A stretch of 64,000 nucleotides of DNA from Blepharisma stoltei ATCC 30299 (Eukaryota > Protista > Ciliophora). A model generated the notes under the pieces. That model did not search any database. It had not been told where the DNA came from and saw nothing but the letters and a program-made list of their open reading frames with translations. A program made the translations under genes and the position numbers. Below are positions 1-8,996 of the stretch, one piece after another; positions within the stretch are counted from its first letter, which is position 1; each line of letters starts with the position of its first letter. The stretch is from the NCBI GenBank assembly GCA_965603825.1, contig CBFDEM010000039.1, forward strand, positions 372,001-436,000, in the 5' to 3' direction.

Positions 1-225
1 ATGAATCAAAGATTTGTATTTTTCTTGCCCAGCTGTGTCCCAGAAATGCAACTTAAGAAGTTGTTCATCTTTGTATAAAGTCCTTGATAAAAAATCAATC
101 CCAATCGTCGCTGTGTATGCAGGGTCAAATATATTGTACATATACCGACAGATTAAGGAAGTCTTTCCTACATTTACATCTCCCAAGAAGATTACTTTAT
201 ATTGTACATATGGGATGCCTTTCAT
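1..225 (-). CDS. Rab-family small GTPase (Rab6-like), 5' part; runs off the window edge
   Basis: Hand translation from ATG 225: MKGIPYVQYKVIFLGDVNVGKTSLICRYMYNIFDPAYTATIGIDFLSRTLYKDEQLLKLHFWDTAGQEKYKSLIH. It has the P-loop GxxxxGKT, switch I TIGIDF and WDTAGQE motifs. Confidence 0.92.
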   Translation of the reverse strand, partial: MKGIPYVQYKVIFLGDVNVGKTSLICRYMYNIFDPAYTATIGIDFLSRTLYKDEQLLKLHFWDTAGQEKYKSLIH

Positions 226-613
226 TTTATAATTCCATTAAAAAATTGCAATTGAGAAACCAAGAATACATGAGCTGGCCTAATACGTAGAAAATATAAT
301 AATTGAAGTTACGGATTTAGGAATATTTTTATATTTAGATTAATTTGTTTTTGACAATAATAATGGTAATTATATAACTGATTATTGTAAGAAAAAGAAA
401 GATATCTAATTTTTTCTTAATTTTTGGTTTCAAAAATTTTTTAATACATTTCACTAATTTTTTTCAGGCGTTAATTTTAGATAGCACTGAAAAATGTATA
501 AAATAAAGTATTTGTTTTATTAGTGCTTTAGAGCTGACTTCAAAATCAATTCAATAAAATGATTTCCATTTATAATAATTTTTTGGTAAAATATGCTCAA
601 TCCAAAAGGGATA

Positions 614-904
614 AACTAACCTTACATGATGATTGAATAGTTGCCTGAATTGATGAGGTCAATTATATTCTGAATTTTCATGCTTGCATAAAGACTCCTA
701 GCAAAGAGCTAAATAAGACTGCAACAAAGAGTCCTTTAATATAATATTTGGATCAAATTCACTTATTTTGATCCAAATTTTCAGCTAACTTTCCTTATGA
801 CTAAAAATCCCTAAACCAGGCAAAGGCATTGCTTAAAAGTCCTTCATTATGCTGGCTTAGTCAAAGGATATGCAAATCACAAGAGAACAGTCGCAAGGTT
901 AATT
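614..904 (-). ncRNA. Candidate structured RNA (independent ncRNA or structured 3' UTR element), family unassigned
   Basis: Nested helices found by eye: 892-904/614-626 (13 bp), 869-875/684-690 (7 bp), 857-868/792-804 (12 bp plus bulge), 767-778/746-757 (12 bp perfect), 728-736/690-698 (9 bp). Non-Watson-Crick positions are G-U on the minus strand. Confidence 0.55.
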
Positions 905-1137
905 CTTCACCATGATCTATTCATCGCTTAAGCCCTTCATTTCTAGCTATAAAACCCTTATAGAAGCTAATCTTGACACTTATTCTTAGTGCAGACACTT
1001 TTCATCCTTCCCAATATCATCATTTCTTTCTTTTTTCCCTTTCAGTTTCTTTTCCTCTCTCAGTGTTTGCTCATCCTTACCTTCTCTCTTGTCCTTGCAT
1101 GCACTATAGACATTAATATGCATTAAACTATCTAAAA

Positions 1138-1929
1138 TTAACCTAGATGAGTAGGCTGATATAAATATGCAGGGGCTGCTGAGTCTCCTTTCTTTAATTG
1201 CACTTTTAAACGTTTACCAAGGACTTGGAACCCATTAAGTGCCCTTACAGCGTTCGAGGCACTTGTGGGGTTATCATAAGTGAGAAAACCAAAGCCACGA
1301 CTTCTCCCTGAGTCTTTTTCTGTCATGATTCTCGCACTTACTATTTTCCCAAACGGAGCAAAATGTGCAACGAGCTCAGTTTCTGTTCATTCGTTTGGGA
1401 GATGGAACAGGAATAAATTGCAGCCAGACTTCGTCTGAGCCATTTGATGAGAATTCGTTTGGGCTGGAGAGGAAACTTGAATCTGGTCAACTGGAATTAC
1501 AAGGGCATTTTCAGGCTTTTCCCACTGGGTTTCGCCAGTTTGAGAGTTTCAGTAATAAGGGCGGCCGTCTGAAGAAGTGTACTCAACAAATGTGGACACG
1601 AACTGAGCAGGGGCTTGCTTGTAATCGGCAAGTCGTTCTTCTTCGCCATCAGCCCATCGAAGAGTTATATTTTTCTATATAGAGCTGACTGGAAATTACC
1701 TTACAGTTGTCCCTCCAAGATCACGAATGCATTTTTCAGCTTGAGACTTTTTGGCAAATCTTACATAAGCGCATCCGAGGCCTGAATGAAAATTACTTTT
1801 TCCTTGTTCTTTGAAGGCTGATGTGTCAAGAATAGTTCCGTAAGATTCGAAATATTCTCTTATTTTGGTCTCGTCCCATTCTTTGGGGAGCTTAGAAACA
1901 AAAAGCTTCAAGTCAGGTTCAGAGGACAT
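1138..1929 (-). CDS. CELF/Bruno-like RNA-binding protein, RRM-WW-RRM, ~253 aa; 30 nt (1675-1704) must be spliced out; 2 TGA=Trp
   Basis: RRM1 KLFVSKLP...GCAYVRF...LRWADGEEERL; WW domain FVEYTSSDGRPYY(W)NSQTGETQWEKP; C-terminal RRM GCNLFLFHLPNE(W)...GFGFLTYDNPTSASNAVRALNGFQVLGKRLKVQLKK, matching CELF RRM3. Confidence 0.9.
1675..1704 (-). other. 30-nt intervening sequence interpreted as a nested intron: inner 1685-1699, outer 1700-1704 plus 1675-1684
   Basis: Minus strand GTAAG[GTAATTTCCAGTCAG]CTCTATATAG contains in-frame TAA and TAG. The inner unit and the reconstituted outer unit are each 15 nt, GT...AG, with A at position 10. Confidence 0.7.
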
Positions 1930-2456
1930 TTATTTTTATGCTTTTTAAGAGAACGTCATACTTCCCAAGATATAAATTCATTATAAACATTTTAGAGAGA
2001 CAATAAATATATAATATTGTTAGATTCAATTTAAAAGAAGATTACTATAATGAAAAAATATAGAGGAAAGCTCAGAAAACATCAGAGTTTATAAATAGTA
2101 AAAATGGTATCTGCCAATGCATAAAATTCGGTAGTCTAATCAGTAAATAAGACAGCAAGTTAATAATAATTTAATATGAAGTTAATTAATAATAAAAATA
2201 GAAAAGAGTTTGTATTTTACAAGAAACTTTAACTTATATCAATAGTCATATTAAAAAAATACAAAATAAGGATTGGCAATTTCTGGGTAAAAGAAAAAAA
2301 ATAAAACGCATTATATTTAATTTTTTGACCCTTGAAGAGATATTGTATCAATTTCTCCTTATCGAAGCATTTTTCTTTTAAAAATTAATTGAGGAATATT
2401 TTTATTAAGTGCAAAGGATTGTTTTATTCACACTGATATTAATTAAAATAGATTTT

Positions 2457-4304
2457 CTACTTTAAAAGGCCTTTAGTAATCATTGAGAGAAAAAGACGTA
2501 AGTCTATAAGTGATATTCTAGCCTCCGCCACAATATTTACTATATCATCTAGATCTATATCATCATGTCCTGGCCTTTGAATTATTGCGCTTTTATTTGC
2601 CATCACTGCATTGCATATAGAATTTCATTGTTTTTTAGCATATTCAGGGCATTTTTTATCTTCAAATATTTGAATTAATGCATTATTCATCTTTTTTTCA
2701 TCAATGTCTTCTTTTTTAGTTATCCCAAGATATTTGAATAAAAAGACAACAATATTGTAGAGCTCCGCTCTTTCCAGAACCAAAATTATGTAAAATAAAG
2801 AAAACTCTTTTCACGTCATTTTATCCCCTTCAAGCAGCTTTTCGTTAATTCCTTTCAGCACTCCAAAAGGCAGAGAATATTTCATGCATACTATATTCGG
2901 AGCTAAACCTTCTGCTGATTCAGATTTTAATTGAAGAGAGCAATACTCTGTTGCTATTGCTATTGTTTCATTTCGTGTCAAAGAATTTTTTAGAATTTTA
3001 TCTACTGATTGAATCTCTTTAACTACGTCTTTCATTTTTGGAAGCTTGGCAGGGGATTCTTCATTATGATATTCACTTGGCATTTGGAGAGTTTGAATTC
3101 TGTAATTTCGTCTGTCATTTTCCAGCTTTAAAGTAGGCAGTGAGGTTTTTCTAAACCCGCCAGTTCCTTCTTTTACTTTAAACCCATTAAGAGACTTTTC
3201 TCTGCCGCTTCCATAGGTCGAAGGTTTTGTTTCAAAGTTATTTTGAATTATGATTGATTTTCTGGAAGATTTTGGAAGACTTAATTTCATGTCTTGAACC
3301 AAAGCTCGCCAACTGATAAGCTTGGTTTCTTCAATATTTGCAAATAAAGGCAATGTTAAAGGCATATCAGTTTTTCCATTAAAATGCTGCGTACTTTTGC
3401 TACGTTTAACAAGAGGAAGAAATTCTATAAAATTGCAGCATTTTTTCTCAGATTTTTTGTTATTTTCAGTCTGCTTACCTTCTTTATTTGGAGATTTGTT
3501 TTTTCCCTCTATGACTGTTTTGCCTCTTTTTGGCAAAATTTTGAAAGTACCTCCAAGTCCAGGGTCGAGCAGCGATGTGTTTATAATAATCTGAGTGTCT
3601 GGGTCATAGCCAGTGAGTGAAGGATCAAAATTCAGCCTATTTCTTGGGCTGACAATAAAGATATCACTTTTTTCTGGGAGATCTTCAATTTTAATGATTG
3701 GGAAATCACTATACGAAGAATAAAGATAATGAAACACTTCATCATAAACCTCATCCACAGAATTTCTATAATAATCTCTAATAATTTTGCTTTGGGGAAA
3801 TTTTGTTAAGATTATATCAAGAAGCTTTTTCAGTTTTCAGCCAACAATAATTTTTATGTCTCCAGTTAAGAAATATAAAAAACTTCCAGTCTCTTTTTCT
3901 TCTTGAGAAGGTTCTCATTGAGCTTTTAGAGGTTGCCGCTCTGAAAAGGCAGCACTTTGAGAGCTTAGCCATTCAATGTCTCTGTCAGTTGTTTTCGGTT
4001 TTTTTGAAGCTTTTTTACTTCATAGCAATATCGATGTTTGAGGAAGCGTTTTGCGAGGAAATAGACTTGACTTTACTTCTCTTGGGACTGAGCTTTGATT
4101 TGTCTGATTTTTTAGCTGGCTTTTGAGACTAAAGGCTTTAGTTTCTAGAGAAAATCCACTTTTTATGTGTATACTTTTTGCTGATTTGGTTGAAAGTGTG
4201 AACTTGTCGCCTTTTTTTGGATTTTCTTTAAAATCGACATTTACTCAGACTTTGGATTTATTTTCTGATTGTAGAGAAGTTTCTGCAGCTTTATCATCAG
4301 TCAT
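2457..4304 (-). CDS. Hypothetical protein, ~615 aa, helical C-terminus; 6 TGA=Trp
   Basis: One continuous frame from ATG 4304 to TAG 2457-2459 with TGA read as Trp; includes track ORF 2811..3758. No family recognised. Confidence 0.75.
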
Positions 4305-4496
4305 GACTAAATGCTATTTATAAATAATCATATTTACTAGCATCTCAAAATTAATTGTTTATTTTCATCATATCCTTGATTTAAATATTATTTGATCATT
4401 AGATATATAAGAAATAAATTTTACAAGATTATTTTGTTAAATTACCAATTAATGCTCTGGTGGTGCCAAATTTAAAATATTCTTGTAATGCAATAA

Positions 4497-5192
4497 ATGT
4501 CTGGAGCACGACACTCTTTTCAAGAAGTCATACCAGGACTTTTTATTGGCTCTCAGTTTTCTTTGAGTCTTATAAAGCATATAAAAGCTGCTGGAATTAC
4601 ACAGCTTCTTTCAGTGAACAATTTTAAAGATATGCCAAGCGGTTTTACAACAAAAACTCTTAATGTTGAAGATGAGACTGATGAGGATATTTCAATATTT
4701 TTTGAAGAGTGCATTGAATTTATTAAATCAGGGAGCACACTTGTTTTTTGCACTGCTGGAAGATCAAGAAGCGCAACAATTGTTGCTGCTTACCTTATTA
4801 AAGAAAAGAAAATGAGATTGAAAGATGCTCTCAGCACTATCAACCAAGTGAGAAAGGTTAATCCAAATCCTGGATTTCTAAAGCAGTTGAAGAACTGGGA
4901 TAATAAATTGCACTGCGAACTATGCAGACTAGAAAAGATATCCGAATGGTTTTTTGACTGTGATGATTTCGCAGTAATGATTTGCGATCAATGCGAGCTC
5001 CCTATGGCTGTATATAAGAAGCACACAAACTTTGCAAAAGAGTCACATAGAAAAGAAATAAAATCAAAGCTGAGTCAAGTAGCTAACCAATATTTTAAAA
5101 ATCAACATTGGAAAATTGATTACAACCAAAGGACCATTAAAGATCATCTTCACTGGCACGCAAGACCAATGCTGATCGTTCCAAAGCTTTAA
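4497..5192 (+). CDS. Dual-specificity phosphatase with C-terminal CxxC/HIT-like domain
   Basis: IPGLFIGS, active site VFCTAGRSRS (CX5R), AYLI, PNPGFLKQL; C-terminal CELC, CDQC and HLHWH. Confidence 0.88.
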   Translation: MSGARHSFQEVIPGLFIGSQFSLSLIKHIKAAGITQLLSVNNFKDMPSGFTTKTLNVEDETDEDISIFFEECIEFIKSGSTLVFCTAGRSRSATIVAAYLIKEKKMRLKDALSTINQVRKVNPNPGFLKQLKNWDNKLHCELCRLEKISEWFFDCDDFAVMICDQCELPMAVYKKHTNFAKESHRKEIKSKLSQVANQYFKNQHWKIDYNQRTIKDHLHWHARPMLIVPKL

Positions 5193-5217
5193 GTATAAAT
5201 AAGCATAAATTACACGA

Positions 5218-7398
5218 TTATCTGAATATTCCTAAATCATATGGGGTCCTCATTTTCGCTCTCATTTCCCTCGGTTTCGAAGAATAATCAACATGTGTAG
5301 TTATATCGAAATACTCGACCTGATACTTGATTACTCCTGGTTTTTGGTCTCCTTCTCCCTTTCTGTTTAAATTCATAAGATAAAGGGTATTGTTAGATCT
5401 ACAGAAAGTAATCGGCCAAGCAGTCTCTGTAGGCTCATCTAAAGGCCTTAGACAGTCTTCAATTCTATATATCTCTGCACCTCCTTGCGGATTATATCCT
5501 ATTCCTTGCATATCTAAGGAATTTTCAATATACATTACAAAGACTCAGTGAGAGCCAGTTCCTCCCATAATGGCAATTCTTCTATTAGTAATAGGAAAAA
5601 CAGAGAGCCTAGCTAGTGGTCTTGGAATTGTAGTAGTTAAAAGTTCTCAATGATTGAATAGAATATTATACCGCTCTATTGTGTTACCAGTTGGAGTGAT
5701 TGGCTCTCCTCCAAAAACATAAATATAAGTAGAATCCAGCGCAGTACACGCTGCAGCTTCATGGCGGATGTAATACATAGAAGCTATAGGCTGCCAAGAT
5801 GACTTTGTATTTATATTAGTTCTCTCGCATTCTTTCATACCTTTTCCTCCAAGAACATACACATAATCATTCACTAATAGACAAGTTGGGCATTCTCTAG
5901 GATAAATCATGCTTTTATAACTCTTTAGTGTATGGTATTTCTGTGGTGAAAATGTCCATACATCTCTCATCTCATTGCCAGTTTCTCTGCTTCTTCCACC
6001 AATTATCATAATTGAGCCTTTGGATAGATACACAAGTCTGCTGTTTCAATTAAAGCTCCAATCCCCTCCTCTATCTCTTTTCAGCGCTAATTTATTTCTC
6101 ATTTTGGCTTGCTCCCAAAATTCTCTATCAATATCATATCTTCAAATATTCTTCCCGTGCCACTCAAAATAATACAAATAGCGGTCATGGAATTTCTCCA
6201 TATAGCCTAAGTGGTCTTGATGGAGATATTGCTCTAGCAATGGGAGATTTAGAAGAGTCAAAGCGTTTTCCATGTACTCAAGCATAGGGTTGATTTTCAT
6301 TGCAATATTGATTTGCCCTTCACATTTCACGTACATTCCTTGGAGTTTCCATTGCTGTGTAAATATAGGGTTTCCTGGGAGAATATACTCCTTTTTTCCT
6401 GACGTAAAGGTAAACTTGTTTTCGTCTAGAAGTAGGACTTTTTTGACAGTGTACTCATCAAAGGGGAAGTAAAAGACAAGGTCGTCCATTTTAAGTTCGA
6501 ATTCTTCTTTAATTCTGATAGGCCTGAAGTATCTTAAAGCTGTTGCTGTATGTGCTTTAAATGCTATAATGGTGAAACCATCTTCTATAGAAGTTACAAA
6601 ACAGCGGTAAGGATCAAATTTGAAAATTTCGCCGCCTCTGAATTGTGCATAGCAATTAATAGCGATTTCTTCTTCAGGAATCACAGAGTGTGCAGTCAAG
6701 CACAAGTTTTCGTTCAATAGAATCCCTATCCCATTTGGCATTCCATAATATCTTTTTTCAGAACTATAGCCTTCACTTTTAAAATAAATTGCGAAAATAG
6801 AACGAATCATTCATTCTTTTGGCCATTCCGGCTGCTTAGGTTTAGGAGCAATCTGCTTATAATAATTATCTAAAAACTCTTCTTCCTCATCAATATTTTC
6901 ACTTCTTGCTGCTTTTGAAGGTGAGGCTTTTGACATTGTATATCGGGAAGCTGATCCTCTGACAGTTCCGTTTCCTCTTGTGATAAGGATGGGGTTCATT
7001 GTGTCTGTGTTTATTGGCTTCGTGAGAGTAAAAGAATTTAAATCTTTTGCGCTTTGAACAATACTGTTTCCAGCTCGTTTTAAACTGAAAACTGATGGGT
7101 TTGTCATCAAGCCTTTAGACTCGTTCGCTGCTTTGGAGTTATTCTGTGGGCTTTTCGACAAAACCTGGGAGTGGCTTAGCGACTTGACACTTGCATTACC
7201 AGAGTTTTCCTTTATTGAAATTTCAGGACGATCAATATTCCGAGTATTATAGAGTTCATTCATAGCTTTTGAGTTCATTGATGGATTTTTTGATAAGACT
7301 TGTGAGTTACTTGGGGATCTTGTTTTTGATTTATTAGGGTCTTCTCTTATCGCAATTTCAGGAGGTTCAAAATTTCGACTTGAACTGTGACTTAGCAT
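5218..7398 (-). CDS. ~726-aa protein: disordered N-terminus, degenerate trypsin-like domain, Kelch repeats; 5 TGA=Trp
   Basis: Four track ORFs join in one frame through TGA. Kelch signatures IIGG, YVYVLGG, YIYVFGG, IERY...W; trypsin-like GIGILLNENLCLTAHSVI and PGNPIF...WKLQGM. Confidence 0.85.
7120..7377 (-). repeat. Two diverged 45-codon tandem repeats in the N-terminus of the Kelch protein
   Basis: PEIAIRE...SQVLSKNPSMNSKAMNE versus PEISIKE...SQVLSKSPQNNSKAANE, period 45 aa. Confidence 0.75.
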
Positions 7399-7432
7399 TT
7401 AATTTTATAATTTTTAAAAGATATAAAGTTAT

Positions 7433-7807
7433 TTAACTGAAGACTTCGTCAACCATTTCTTGTCGTGTTAATTGTCCTTCTTCTAATCTAATCACCTCAT
7501 TTCCATTTTGGTATCTAATGAGAGTTGGCACACATCTCAAACGTGTTTTTTGGTGCTTCCTAAAGCTGTTTTCTGGGTTTTTCCACACATCTCTTACCCC
7601 TACTTCACTAATGATGATGGTTTTTTCCCCACCAGAAGCATAAGCATTATGGATAAAAGGATGGGCATTTCTACAGTCACCACACCAGTTTTCTCCTGTG
7701 CTTGGGTCAACTGATCCTACAAACAGCGCAAGAAGCGGTCCTTCACGCTTGTGCTCTTCAAATTTGGCAACAAAATCTTCTACGCTTGAGACGAAGACTT
7801 CTCTCAT
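7433..7807 (-). CDS. TXNDC17: Thioredoxin domain-containing protein 17 (TRP14)-like
   Basis: WCGDC active site, VGVRDVWKNPENSFR, VPTLIRY, RLEE; 124 aa. Confidence 0.88.
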   Translation of the reverse strand: MREVFVSSVEDFVAKFEEHKREGPLLALFVGSVDPSTGENWCGDCRNAHPFIHNAYASGGEKTIIISEVGVRDVWKNPENSFRKHQKTRLRCVPTLIRYQNGNEVIRLEEGQLTRQEMVDEVFS

Positions 7808-7844
7808 ATTTTTCTACAGCTTTATAATTTAAGACAAAAAAGGA

Positions 7845-8912
7845 TTACCGCAATTTAATTTCTTCGAGCTTAATAGCGTTTTCTACCTTCTCATTATTGA
7901 GAAACTGAGATAAAGAGGTAATTGTCCCGCTCATTATCGCACTTACAGCTTCCTGCGTGAAAAATGCCATGTGAGAGGTTACAACTACTTTTGGGTTGCC
8001 GAGGAGTCTCATCATTGTTTCGTCTTGAACTCCACTTGTGGACCTGTCTTTATAAAAGATTGAGTCTTCATATTCATAGACATCTAATGCAACCCCTGAG
8101 AAATGGTCATGGTTTAAAGCTTTGATTAAGGCTTTTGAATCGATAATGCCCCCTCTGCTGACATTTATGAGGTATGAGCCTTTTTTCATTTTAAATATAT
8201 TTTCACTATTGATTAAATGGTGAGTGCTAGGAAACAAAGGGAGAAATATAGTCAAAATATCGCTGGCTGCAAGGACCTCATCGATAGATTTATATTCTAC
8301 AAAGTCTGAGAGATCTGGATTCGGCTTCGTATCAAAAGCAAGTAGCTTGCATTCAAATCCTTTCATTATTTTACAAAAAAGAGAACCAATACTTCCTGTG
8401 CCAAGAATTCCAATAGTTTTCTGATAAAGATTCATCCCCATAAGTCCATCAATTTCAAAATTGCACTCCCTTGTACGATTATATGCTCTATACAGCTTGC
8501 GATTCAACATTTGGATCATTCCAATTGCATACTCAGCTACAGCATAAGGAGAATAAGAAGGGACTGCTGCTACTGTGATCCCTAGTTCTTCTGCTGTTTC
8601 AAGAGAAACCATATTAAATCCAGAGCACATGCATAAAATAATCCTGACTCCTAAATTATGTAGTTTCCTAATTACAGCCTCAGAAGCATCATCATTTACA
8701 AATATTGCGACACCTGCACAGTCCTGAGCTAAAGAGACTGTTTCTTCATTAAGTGTTGTTTTGAAGAATTTTGGCTTAATGTACGCTTCCATTTGTTTTT
8801 CCTGAATTGCTGACTGAATTCCGTCCATGACATATTGCTTACCTCCATATACCCCAAGTTTGGCCATTGAATTTTTTATCAGAATTGAGGAAAAATGTCG
8901 AGCTCTATTCAT
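7845..8912 (-). CDS. ldhA: NAD-dependent D-lactate dehydrogenase (LdhA-like), copy with 15-aa N-terminal extension
   Basis: IFVNDD, PSYSPYAVAE, GTGSIG Rossmann motif, NVSRG, LDVYEYE, SHMAFFT. Confidence 0.88.
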   Translation of the reverse strand: MNRARHFSSILIKNSMAKLGVYGGKQYVMDGIQSAIQEKQMEAYIKPKFFKTTLNEETVSLAQDCAGVAIFVNDDASEAVIRKLHNLGVRIILCMCSGFNMVSLETAEELGITVAAVPSYSPYAVAEYAIGMIQMLNRKLYRAYNRTRECNFEIDGLMGMNLYQKTIGILGTGSIGSLFCKIMKGFECKLLAFDTKPNPDLSDFVEYKSIDEVLAASDILTIFLPLFPSTHHLINSENIFKMKKGSYLINVSRGGIIDSKALIKALNHDHFSGVALDVYEYEDSIFYKDRSTSGVQDETMMRLLGNPKVVVTSHMAFFTQEAVSAIMSGTITSLSQFLNNEKVENAIKLEEIKLR

Positions 8913-8996
8913 ATTATAAAATCATAATTCCATCAAAGAAAGCTTTAAATAAAAATAATTAAAAGACTAGAACCATTAATTAATGAAGCTTAATCA

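Noticed and set aside
805-817. CCCTAAACC as a telomere seed or telomerase template
   Set aside because: It is a single copy, does not match the CCCTAACA repeat I recall for Blepharisma and Stentor, and G-U pairing points to the opposite strand.
967-1123. Short minus-strand ORFs (~45-48 codons) in the purine-rich tract
   Set aside because: They are short, explained by low-complexity composition, and have no recognisable motif.
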